Positions 1-12,372 of a stretch of 33,215 nt of DNA are shown in pieces. Origin of the DNA: Bugula neritina (taxonomy: Eukaryota > Animalia > Bryozoa). The stretch covers positions 1 to 33,215 of the forward strand of contig CAXIUT010000030.1 of assembly GCA_964035545.1 (NCBI GenBank), read 5' to 3'. The notes below the pieces were generated by a model that ran no database searches, was not told where the DNA came from, and was given only the letters and a program-made list of their open reading frames with translations. Made by a program: the position numbers and the translations under genes. Each line of letters opens with the position of its first letter. Position 1 is the first letter of the stretch.

Positions 1-96
1 CCCAACCCCAACCCCAACCCCAACCCCAACCCCAACCCCAACCCCAACCCCAACCCCAACCCCAACCCCAACCCCAACCCCAACCCCAACCCCAAC
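1..96 (+). repeat. Left telomere (CCCCAA)n
   Basis: Perfect C4A2 array from base 1, in the orientation expected of a chromosome 5' end; Tetrahymena-type telomere unit. Confidence 0.97.
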
Positions 97-185
97 AAAT
101 TTTTAGATATTTATGCTTATTCCCTTTTCTTAAATTTCAATGATTCATCTATTTAAGAGAACGATAGTACGGAATTTAAAATAAA

Positions 186-1115
186 TCAAAATGAACTTTC
201 AATGCTTTTTACAGATTTAGATAATTCTTAAATAACAGCTGGAGCTGTCATTCCTCTTCCTTCTTTCTCAAAAGCTCTTCTAGTTGCTTATCTGACTATA
301 TAAGCAGCCAAAGGTGGTCCTAGTTAAAAATTCCATAATCCCGTTGCAGCAACTACTCCTGCTAAAATATCTCCAATTCCTCCGCAACGTTTGGCTCCAC
401 CTTAGTTACTGACAATAAAAGATCTTTTTCTTGAAATAATTAAATCACATTTTCCTTTTACGATTATTGTAAATGGTGGATATTATAAGTTTCCAGGCAG
501 CTCTATCACTGGTTATTCTGGATTCCAATATTGCATCATTTCTTCTGTAGGAATTCGATAGAATTTTTTGAGAAAGTTTAGCTATCGAGTATTAGGTGTA
601 AGGATGGTTCTAAATCGACTGAATTAATCAAAAAGAATCGGATGTTGACAAAGATAGTAAATCCCATCAGCATCAAAAATAGTCATACAATTATTAGGAA
701 TTCCTCTGACAAGTTCTGGAAAGAATCTGTTCATATATTGATCTCTACCTAACCCTGGTCCAATGACCCATGAATGAATGGCTTTTTCCCATGCTTTAAG
801 TTTGATACTCCAATCTTTAAGGGCAGCTTCTCTTTAGTGCTATCCATAGCTGATTTCTTATTAAGAGATGAAAAGAGGATGAGTGATTATTTATGGTGAA
901 TATGATTTGATGGCTGCTGAGCTGAACTTAGAACAGAATATATGACTGAGATCAGCACCTACTCTAAGTCCTGAAATAGCTGAGTAATATGGAGCGCCTG
1001 TAAATTAGAATGATCCTCCGATGACTCCGATTCTACCATTTTATCCTTTGATCCTATTTTCGTGAAGCTTTGGGAATATTCTAACTAATTGTGAGAGTAG
1101 AGAAGGTTTAGACAT
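186..1115 (-). CDS. NAXD: ATP-dependent (S)-NAD(P)H-hydrate dehydratase (NAXD/CARKD)
   Basis: With TAR=Glu: [72 protein letters not shown]; intronless, ends TGA. Confidence 0.95.
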
Positions 1116-1181
1116 ATTTATGAAAACAATACAACTTAATTATTTTTTATCTTTAACTAGTTAATAACTAAATTTAACAAC

Positions 1182-2072
1182 ATGTCAGATTCCGAGTACA
1201 GAGCTCTATATATACAACTCCTTACCACCCACGAAATTCTTAAGGCCGAGTGCGAGGAGTCCAAAGAACGATAAATATCTCTTAAAAAACAGGTCGATAT
1301 CATGTCTCAAATGCATATTCAGCAACCTGATCAGAGACTGAAGTGCCTTTAATAAGAAGTTTAAAGTTTGAGACAAGAAGTAGTTAGCTTGATAGGATAG
1401 CGGGAAGGGTTGGATCGTAGCAATCGTAACTATCTTGAAAAAATCGAAGATTTAAAATATCATAACGGCTAGCTTAAAAAAATGAGCTAGAAATCTAGCT
1501 AGTTACATTAAAAGGAAATAGGGTTAATGAAGAAGTAGAGTATAAGTTTGTCAAAGTATAAAGAATTGTAATAACAAAATGATTGTATTAATAAGGAAAA
1601 ATAGGTTTTAAGGAGGCAGTTACAAGAAGTAGCAAAGGTAGCATAATAGATGTAACAATACTATATGGAGTAGATAGGTAAGAAAAATATTGTCATCAAG
1701 GAAAAGGATTAATATATCCAACAAATTAGAAAGAACTAGAATAGTAAAACATATCGAGTCGATCCTGGGGAATTTAATAGATATAACTAGCAACTGCAAG
1801 CTGTAGTTCGTGAATTGAAAAGTTCCCATTAGTTGTAAAAAAGATAATTACAGGGAAAAGTTGATTTTTTAATAGCTAAAATATAGCATGAGGAATCTTT
1901 AAAGTCTAAAACTTCATTGAGTTCTTTTAGTGCTAATTCTGATACGAATGGAAAGATGATTCAATCAGGTTCGAGTATGGATTCAGTAAGGATAACTTGC
2001 TAGCCTTTAACTCGGAGAAATATCAGTAACAATAAAACTCCCAATAAGTATGGACATAAAATAAAAAACTGA
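1182..2072 (+). CDS. Hypothetical coiled-coil protein (~296 aa)
   Basis: ATG to TGA in the same frame, E/K/L/Q-rich heptad-like sequence when TAR=Glu. Confidence 0.75.
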
Positions 2073-2143
2073 TGATACTACTTTTTTACAACTAGTTCAT
2101 ATTCGATGATTATATAATTTATTGAGTTTATAGTTATACTATA

Positions 2144-3199
2144 ATGTTGGAATAAAGAATTTAGGTGCCCAGAGTCAGATTTAGCTATCAATCTTTTCAA
2201 AAGTAAGGAGCTGATGTTGAAGGAAGTGTAAAGAGGTAACTATTGGGTCCTAGAAGGGAAGAAAGACCACTTTCAATTTCTTGGTATCATGGTGGTGTCT
2301 GTCATGATGTTGAGAATGTTAAAATAGATGATAATTTTGAGGTAAAAAGAAATAACAGTTTTGTATAAAAGAGTAGAATTTGTAGACATAATGAAATTAG
2401 AAGAGCATTCAAATAAATGCCCTAAACTAAATTAAATCATATTAAAGAACAAAAAAATTCTTTTGAAGGTCAAGAATATAAAAAACTAATCAACCTTGAT
2501 TCCTAGATAACTAATAAGGTTATTGAGAAATTGATAGATAAAAATTTAAATTCTCCTGAGATCAAGAATACTATTTAGGATAAGAAAGATCAGTAGATCA
2601 ATCATTTGAAGTTATAAATATAGAGATTAGATCGATGCAGGAAGTTGAATGAAGAGAATCAGTCATTGTTTAGCAGATTAAGTTAAAAAATATAAAGTTA
2701 AGATAGAAGAATACAAAGAGTATCAAATTAGCATATATTTTAGACTTATCGTAGTCCTTCTAATGATAATACTAGCAATAAAAAATATTATAGTTTAGAT
2801 AAAAAACAACAAAGCAAGATATCTTTGAAATCTCCTTTAAATATCAACTGTCCATCAGCAAAACAATATCAACTTCAAAAAACTTAGCCTTCAAAAAAGA
2901 GCAATCCTCGTGAAAGCCATCCCAAAATATTTAAAAACAATGTCATTTAAAAAGTTACTACAGCTAAATTTAACTTAGCAAGAAATTATGATGAAGAATA
3001 TGCTATCCGAGAGATGCCTTTGCCTTACAGGTTATAACAATTGAACAGACATTTGGAGGTAAATATATGTCATGGAAGAAAGATAAAATAACACACAAAA
3101 CAAAAAAATATCACTCGATGTACTTATAACCATGTCATACGCAACAGTGAAAAATATGACTACGGAAGAATGGTGGCACTAAAATCGATATATGATTGA
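2144..3199 (+). CDS. Hypothetical protein
   Basis: Long frame ATG 2144 to TGA 3197-3199; a possible 20-nt intron near 3059 would alter the C-terminus; no motif recognised. Confidence 0.6.
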
Positions 3200-3260
3200 T
3201 TATTCCTTAAAGGTTTTTATAAGTTAAAATTAATATTAACTAACGATATTTATTTAAATT

Positions 3261-3962
3261 ATGACTCATGAACGATTTCATTCTCTACCCAAAAAAACAC
3301 AACCAACCGACAACTCCAGTCGCAACTTATACTCAGCACATACCAGTCCTTTCACTCATGAAACTAATCATTGCCCTGAAGTAACCTAATTCCAACATGG
3401 ACAATTCTATCATAGACATCATCGGTTTGCAGATAAAACTATTATCAACTATAATGGCATCGACTATGGAAGATTGGAAAAACCTTTAGGAGTTTGGGAA
3501 TAAAATCTAAAAGTAAAATTCATCGAGGGAGAGTAAGATTTTTTTGATATTATTGATAAAGAAATGGAAACGAAAAGAGTTACAGGTATATCTACTTTAA
3601 TTGAAAATTAAATGCTACAAAATAAAGAAACCTCAAAAAAGTAAAATATAAATAGAACATATTACCTTAATACTGATGATATAAAGTAACAACTATAATA
3701 TCCAACTTAACATCATCTCTCAACTCCTCTTTTGAACCAACTCGAAGGATCTAAAGTATAACTTTCATCGAAAAGTAAGAAAAAGAAGAATTAAAAACCT
3801 AAATTAAAATTACATCAAGTTCATGCTTATGAAACAGGATAGAAACAAAGAAAAAGACTTCATAGTCGAATCGTAAAGATGGTTGTGGCAGGAGAAAAAC
3901 CAAAAACCAAAGTTATTTGCTACCCAGATAATTCTGAATATTTGAAATTATGCCAGAAATGA
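3261..3962 (+). CDS. Hypothetical protein (~233 aa)
   Basis: TGA-free frame from ATG 3261 to TGA 3960-3962; no motif recognised. Confidence 0.7.
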
Positions 3963-4367
3963 TATTTACTCTTTTATTCATTCATAATATTTAAAAATTA
4001 GCTAAAAAAAATATTTATCTAATAGGATTTAGAATATTTATGGAAAAAAATCATTTAGTTATTTTGAATTAACTTAATGGAAATACTAAACTTGAACATT
4101 CATTCAAATGAGATATATTAAAAATAAAAATTGTCTATCCATGAGACATGAACATTAAGGTAGAGTATTTTACATCGTTTTTGACTTTATCAGAGACTAG
4201 AAAAATTAAATAAGAATATACTAGGACTCTTATACAATTTATGTAGGTCTGCAATTGAGACCCATCAGATAAAAATATAACTAAACCTCGAAGCCTTGAG
4301 TCCAGTGAAATCAATCAGATAAATGAGATAAATGAGATTAATAGATCTCAAGAACCAAATAATCAAC

Positions 4368-4402
4368 AAAAAAAAAAAAAAAAAAAAAAAAATATATATA
4401 TA
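4368..4402 (+). repeat. Poly(A) run (~25 nt) followed by short (TA)n
   Basis: Read directly in the long AT-rich spacer. Confidence 0.85.
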
Positions 4403-4660
4403 TCTTTTTCTTTATTCATTTTATTTGAAAAGGTTCGATTATTATATTTCTATCTAAATATAAATAATTTTGAGGTAATAAAAATAGGTCAATTTTATCT
4501 TTATAGGTTTAAGAGACATCAGAAATAAGAAAAATACAGTAAAAAAGAAACTCTGAGTTTTTCTTCGTAGAGACTTTAATCCATAAAATAATTTTATTTT
4601 AATGAATATTAAGATAGATTTAAATAAACATTAATTGATTAATAAAATTATTTAATTAAA

Positions 4661-7600
4661 TCATATTTTCTCAGTATCTTTTGGCTTTCTTTTATAATGT
4701 AAAAAACTTTCTTTCAATTTTTTTTTTGCTTGAATATATGCTGGATCTCGAACTTCTGATTTCTAAACATCAATAATATGTGATTCATTATCAAAAATTT
4801 TATTATTTATTTTATCATTAAAGTTATCTTCATAAATATTTAATTTTCTCTTCTTTTCAATTGTACTTAAACTAAAAGGATTCACTCTTTTCAATTATTA
4901 TTGAATAATGTCTTTCTATATCTAAAAAACCTAAGAGCTTTTATTATCTGTTACTTTTTCTATTTTAATTTTGTTTTTGTTCTTTGCATATTTATAATAA
5001 GCAATTCCAGTTCTGATAAAACTAAAAATAATTGAAAAAGAAATGACTCCTTCAAGTATGATCATGAAAAACATTTATATTTCTTCTTAAGGACTATAGA
5101 AATCTTTAATTATGGGAAGAAATAATGCATAAAGGATATTGAACTCACAGATAAAAATACCAATATTATCTATTGCTCTTCTATAAGGTCTTTTGAAAAC
5201 AAAGAGTAAGAAACTTAAAAGTGAAATTACAAATATAATATACTTGATATATTTAAAAGATGAAGATATTCCGATTTCTATTAAAATAGCTATGAAAAGA
5301 GCTTTTATCAAAAAGAATACTACATACCACTTATTTATTTTCAATATATCTAAAGCTTATTTTTATTTAGCTTTCACATTTAGCTGTAAAATAGATTTGA
5401 CGATAATAAATCCCATTATAAATTAAACCAAAAGCAAAGAAAAAGAATTTAAGATGAGTGAAAATTTACCTTAACGATCATTCTACCATTCTATATCATT
5501 AATGTACAAACTTACTGAAAGAACAATTAAAAATCCAGCTAAAAAAGGAAAAATCAACCAATTATAAATCATCTAACTACATTTTACTGACTTTTCTTTA
5601 GGTTTTTAATAATTTTGATTACTATCTTATTTTAAGGACGTTGATTTTTTAACTAATAGATTATAATAACTCCATAAGTAAGGATAAAGAGAAGAAGAGA
5701 TAAAATAACAATAAAATTACTTTAGAGAAAGAAAGGACTCAGTTCCACTTTGAGAAAAAGGAGGTAAAATACTTCTATCAGATTAGTTATAGAAGAGAGA
5801 CCAATAACCAGTAACAAGATGAAAAGAATTAACTGTACTGAATAAATAAGAAGACACTTAGTAGAAACTATTAGACAGATATATGAGTTGACAAGAAAAT
5901 AATAGCTATACTCCTATCATTTTAGTTGGAAGACTCAAAACAAATAGAACCAGAACGATTTGAGAAAGGATACTATAAATGGAATTTAAAGTTGAAAGTA
6001 TTTATAAATTTGTTGAAAATACTAAAGGCTCGTTGTTTGACTCAACTGTGAAGTTAAGAGTTGAGCTAGTACTTCTGATAGTACTTTAGTTGTAGGTAAG
6101 AGTCATACTACAGTCTCTTTGTTCCATGTCTTAAGTGTAGTCAGTTGTAAGTTAAAGAGAGCCTAACTCATAAGAGTAAGCACTCACAGAGTAAGTTGAG
6201 TCACAGTCAAAGTCGATGTAATGACTAAAGTTCATACTTTTAATAGTTAGTAAGGGAGGAAAGACTGAAAAGGTAAAGATACCTTGATTCAGACTTTCAC
6301 TTCTATAGATAGATTTAAGTGAAATATTCAAAGGAATTCCTTCATAAACACATGTCGATGGAGAATTAACACTACCATTATAGCACTAGAAACTATTTTC
6401 AATGACACAATTGTAGCATCCATCTCCTTTAATTGAATTTCCGTCATCACAAGCTGTTGATGATGTATTTATAAGAAAGCCATCTCCACAGAGATCAACA
6501 CATTCTTGGTTTTTAAGTTAATACTTATCCTGACAGATACAGCTATTATTAGATGGATTACTCTTAAAATATGCACTTATATTACAACTAGAACAACTAG
6601 CTGTACTATCTGATATTGTTTTATGAGTTATGCAGCCTAAAATATCATTGCATATATCACCTAGAAGAGTTCCTTTTGAACACTAACATATATCATTGAC
6701 TGGAGGATCGTTAAAAGTTGATGTGTTACATGCTAAGCAACCTTCATTTCCATTATTATAAAAAATAGGTTAAATACAGCCCACAATAGTTGAACATTTA
6801 CCAGCAACTAAGGTTCCTATATAGCATTCACATTTTCCTGAAACTAGTTGTAGTTCTACTTGGCAAACAGTACACTAATTACTATTACATTATTAGCAAC
6901 CATAGAATGCTTAAGAGCATGTAGCACAATATCCTAAAGCAGAGTTAAAGATGAAATCATCATTAATGCAATTGATGCAATAAGTAGAATTAGAACAATT
7001 CTCACAGTTACTTATAACAGAAGAACATTTATCACATGATTTGCTGATATTATTGATGAAATAAGTAAAATCACATGATAGACACTATTGATAACCTCCT
7101 ATTATTGAAATATTACAAGTCACACACCTATGAAAAGTATTATTGCAAGAAACACATAATGATACAAAATCAAAATAGTACTAATTGGAAATACACAAAG
7201 AGCAATTGGTAGAAGTATAGCATGCATGACAAGAAGGAGGACAAATTGAACAAGAATAGTTGGCTGAATTGAAATAAGAACCAACAGCACATTCTTTCAT
7301 ACATAATATGAAATATTCAGAATAATAGCTTTATTGAAGAGTATTGCTGGCATATCTGGGAACATAACTAACATGACCCGAGATGCTGAAAGTGAGAGGA
7401 TTGAACATCATAGCATGTCTTTCAGGAGCAGCAGTATACCCTCCATAGTCGAATTGCGTAAACCCAATCAAACAATACTCTTCAAATCCTCCTAAAACAG
7501 TATTCTAGAACATATCTGGTATTCCAAAATTAGTAGGAAGAGAATCTAGCAGACTTGAACCTGTACCATTTATACTTGATATAAATATATCAGTATATAA

Positions 7601-8324
7601 AGGATAATTCATCTCCTGAATATAACTTCTTTTAACTAATATTAATGTATACTTAACCCATCGAACAACTCTAACCAAATTCTGACGAATAACTTCATAC
7701 TTTATGATATTAGGAGCAGTTATTTATTTTAATTAAAATCTTAATATCATACTTTAGTCTGGTATCGACTCGAGATAATAACAACTGTAATAATGATATA
7801 CGCTAAAATCACTAGGATTTGTAATTACACTAGGAACATCAGGAACAGTTAAATTCTAAAATTATTCTCCAGTATAATAGTTAAATATATCTGTAAAAGT
7901 ATGAGCTATATATTGATATATTTACATCCATTGACAACCCACAACCAATCAGAAGTAGGATCAGCCAACAACAGATAGTACTGAAGAGTTGTTATCGTAT
8001 AATCTGTATAGGGATAAATGTAGAGAGTTATATTTCCTCCAGAAATAGGTTGAATATCAACCCAAAAATCAAGATTATTTTTACTATTAGAATCAAATCC
8101 AGAATTTACCAATGCCAACCTTGTATGAGTAGTATATACAGAAGGCAAAGGAAATGAATAGTAATAAGGACCATTACTATGTTAATAAGGTTGACCACTC
8201 GGAGTCATTTAAAAAAAGTCTAATTAAGATAGCTAGTACGTGATACGAGAGGAAGAGTTGAGTAAGATATAGGTATTAGGCAGCAACTAAGAAGAAGTAC
8301 TAAAAGATGATTATTATTGTTCAT
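4661..8324 (-). CDS. Cysteine-rich multi-pass surface protein (~1207 aa): signal peptide, furin-like CxxC repeats, CGDG..CDDGN...GDGC (DUF4215-like) repeat, C-terminal TM bundle
   Basis: MNNNNHLLVLLLSCCLIPISYS leader; 20-nt introns 8220-8239 and 7906-7925 restore frame; CVDLCGDGFL...CDDGNSIKGDGCYNC; hydrophobic helices ~5020-5990; TGA 4663-4661. Confidence 0.85.
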
Positions 8325-8760
8325 ATATATGTTATTTATTATTGAATATCATGTGATAAAAACATCAACAAAAAAGGATAATAATAATAATTAAATATTC
8401 AAAATAAACAACTTTTAAATTATTTATCAGATTAATATTGTGATAGAACTATATTATGATAGACAAATATTATTATTTTGTATTTTATTATATTAATGAT
8501 ATTTTCTTTCCCAAGCTATCAAATAAAGATTAATTCTTAATCATAAAAAATAGACCTATAAAAAATAAAATCTCTTGTTAATATCAAAAAAATTAAAAGC
8601 CAACCCAATCATCAAAATAAAATAGTAGAACCATTCTCTTATTCTATCTAACCCCAACATCTTTTGATCGACATCGAATTGTATTATTTTTTTCTAGAAT
8701 ATATCAATATTTATATTTTAAAGTGTTTAAATTCTAGATTATATATTCTTCTATAATAAT

Positions 8761-9801
8761 ATGCCGGGTTAGAAGAAACTTAAAAAAACTTCTCTTAAAG
8801 CCCCAACGAATTTCCCATTGCCTAATCAGAGAATCTGCACTACCATGGTAGACATTAAAGAAGAGGCAGACCTATTTGTTCAATAGTTTATTAATCATCT
8901 TCTCAATATTGTGTTTAAGAAGTAAATATAGAAGTAAAATTATGTGAAGTAAATGGGACAAATGATGGAAAATTATCGACAACTTGAAGATCATTATTTT
9001 ACTTTACAATAAAAACAATAAGATGAACCAATGATCATCATGGATTAGTAGCCTTAACCTGAAAGATAAAAAAAACTTACAGTAGTTCCTTCTGGAAATT
9101 TAAATAAATTACTATCTAGTAGAGTTGTACCTAATACCTAGTTAAGAGAAATGTTTTTAGGTTAGTCTTTACATAACTAGTAAGATAATAGAAAAAGAAA
9201 CAGCATAATTCATAAATTAAAACGTGAACATAATTTTGTACTTAATAATCGATTAGAATAAAATGTTTAGCCTTTATAAAATAGTGCTAGAGGGTAAGGT
9301 GGATCTAGTGGAAGAGATGATTTTATTTAGTATTTGCGAAATATCAAAAACAGCTAAAGAATGTCACAGAGATCGTCAGTCAATAGATATCCGTAGCATA
9401 AGAGAAGGGAGATCCATAAAAATACTATTATCAATAAGAGAAAATAAATAGATAATATTGATCCGACTAATTCTCATTTTATTACAAATATGAAAGGACA
9501 GAAGAGCAGAATACCTAGAGGATCCATGCATTTGGGAAATCAGCAACTTTTTGAAGAATTAATCGTGGTTAAAGCTCACTAACAGTCTATGATAGAACCT
9601 TTTAGTAAACCAATCAAAGAGAAAGTTATATTAAATTTACCAAGAAAAAGTGTAGAACGAATGATGACTCTAACTGACAATAGAACCTAGATAATGAAAC
9701 AAATTAATAATTCTTTTAGTGGGAAATAAAATGTTTTCTTGAAGAAAGTAAGTAATAAAACTGAATCGATTGGAAAACTTCCATCTCTGTATAAAATGTG
9801 A
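8761..9801 (+). CDS. Hypothetical protein (~346 aa)
   Basis: ATG 8761 and TGA 9799-9801 share a frame; low-complexity K/S/E-rich; no motif recognised. Confidence 0.65.
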
Positions 9802-9861
9802 TATCATATTTTTTACTATCATTTCTTTTATTAATTTGATAAAGTATTGCTGAATATTAGA

Positions 9862-11501
9862 TCATAACACGTATTATTCGATTCTCTATTTATTTTGATG
9901 TTCTTATAGATTTTTTTCAAAAAGATGTTTATTATTCTCAAAATCTTTAAGTGTAGACATAACAGCAATGGGTTTACAGTAGAGAGCTCTTGGCCCAACT
10001 GATTAAACTCTGACTGCCAAGTAGTCTCCTATTCTAAACTATCTTTATTCAGCAACACTTCCATTTTCATACACTGGTACTTTTCCAATCTTCACATATC
10101 CATTCTTGAAACAATCTGTTTTACCCATAAGAGTTTATTGCTCTCTTTTTGCTTTGCCCTCTATCAGCAATAGATGAACTTTTCCGACTTCTCTTTCGTT
10201 TAAAGGTCTTTGTAGTTCAACAAATAGGTCTATCATTTATCTGAGTCTCCTTTGTTTAACTTCTTCAGGTACATCATCAACATAATTACGATGAGCGTGA
10301 GTCTTTTATCTCATAGAATAAGCGAAGAGGAAAGCCATTTAGAACTTTACTTCTCTGAGCAGAGATAAAGACTATATTAAACAATGAAAACCTCTTGGAA
10401 TTCTGGTTCTGTTTATCCACAAAAGCCTGTGATCATATCAGTTGATAGACTGAGGTTGAGAGCTCTCATTTTATGAACCAGTTCCATATAGACTTCTCTG
10501 GTATGATTTCTTCTCATTTTATTCAGAATATTATTGTTGCCACTTTGAGCTGGTAAGTGAACATGTTTACAGATATTGTGATATTTATTGATGACTTCTA
10601 GTACTTGATCAGGAAAATCTTTAGGATGAGGAGAAGTAAATCTGAAACGAATATTAGGATAGTGTATTGCTGCTGCTTCGAGAAGATCTGCAAATCTGGC
10701 TCCATTTTCATTTCTTAATTTATATAATTATGAAAAGCCTTTAGAATTGCTATGCTATAACTAAGATTCAGTACTAACATCATGATAACTATTGACATTT
10801 TGTCCTAACAATGTAATTTATTTAACTCCTTCCTTTTATAGCGATCCAATTTCATCTAAAATTGTTCCCAAATTTCTACTCCTTTATCTTCCTCTGACAA
10901 AAGGAACTATACAATAGGAACACATATTATTACATCCTCTCATGATAGATAAAAAGGCTGTTACACTATTTTTATCTTTTCTAACTGGAGTTATATCAGC
11001 ATAAGTTTCTTCAAGACTCAACATGACATTCATTTGGTTGCTAGATTATTATAATGAGGCAGCTAGCAGTCGAGGTAGGTCACGGTATGCATCAGGGCCA
11101 CAAACTATATGCGCACCTGAACGAAAAAGTGCTGTTTTAAGACGTTAAGCCATGCATCCAAGAATAGCTATTTTAGAATGTTTAGGCAGCAGCTATTTGA
11201 TCTTTTTATGAACTCTTTCTTCAGCAGATTATCTAATTGCACAAGTATTCAGTAAAACTATATCAGCTTCTTTGGAATTAGTTTCAGTGTAATGCTAAGA
11301 AAGAATAGATCTGACTATTTCAGTATCGTTAACATTCATTTGACATCCGTATGTTTCTATTCGAAAAGTTAGTGAATGTTCTTGCTATTTTGTTTATGAG
11401 GTAGAAATTTGAGGTTTATTGAAATTTCTGAGAGTAGGAATTTACGAAATAGGAGTTCTGGAGATGAGATGAGTCAGTTTGGTTGTTATTGATTTTAACA
11501 T
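9862..11501 (-). CDS. CDK5RAP1: Mitochondrial tRNA methylthiotransferase (MiaB/CDK5RAP1), radical SAM + TRAM
   Basis: [92 protein letters not shown]; 20-nt intron 10372-10391. Confidence 0.95.
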
Positions 11502-11575
11502 GGCACCTCAATTATAATAAGATCCTATTTATTACAAATATAATGAAAATTAATATAAAATATAAAGATAAAAGA

Positions 11576-12325
11576 TCAATCTTATTAATCAGTTGTATCC
11601 ATCTTTTTGACTTTAGTCGTGTAAACAATTTCTAGTTGGTAGCCAAGTTCTACTGCATCTTTTCTGGCATCAAACATGCAAGATCTTTTAATAATTTATC
11701 TATTTACTTATTCGTTAATTAGTCTCAGCGAGTAGTAGTAGTTAGTGTTACTGAATCTGGAATCTCCCATCTCCCAAATTACTAGTCTATCTGTTTATTT
11801 AACTTTGATTAGACTAGTAGAGACCTTGAGGCCAAGGTTATAATACTTTGTAAAAGATATTATTTTATCACTTCTTTTTGCTTTGACTTGTTTCAAAGAT
11901 AAACTCGAAACAAGAACTATTATTGTCACTATAAATACCAAATGAAAAACCAAAATAACTGACCTTAGTCTTTATATTTGATCCTTGACTTATCTACTAC
12001 TTTATGTTTCAGTAAAAGACTATTCTATATTATCAGGTAGAAGAGTCAAGTCATTAAATGGTGGTTTGATCTCATAGATACTCTCATTATTTTTAAAATA
12101 CAATTCCTTTATTTCTGACTGATATTCTTTTGCAAAAAATTCCAATCCCACAGCTAGTAGAATGATAAATACAATACTAAATATTTTTTTAGTTGGATAT
12201 TAATTTAACTAGCATGATTTGGGTTCTTTTAGTTTGAGTTTTTTTTGTAAAGTTTTGATTCGTCCTTATCCGTTACGTTTGCGAAGGGCAACAATAGCTG
12301 CTACAACTGCTAATCCAAATGCCAT
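11576..12325 (-). CDS. Hypothetical membrane protein (2-3 hydrophobic segments)
   Basis: MAFGLAVVAAIVAL..., IFSIVFIILLAVGL, VILVFHLVFIVTIIVLVSSL; frame open to TGA 11578-11576. Confidence 0.7.
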
Positions 12326-12372
12326 TTCTAAAATTTAAATAATTAACAAAGTTAATTGATATTAATATAATT

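Noticed and set aside
8648-8658. Single telomere-like units (also ~8800 and ~28084)
   Set aside because: Single units are expected by chance.
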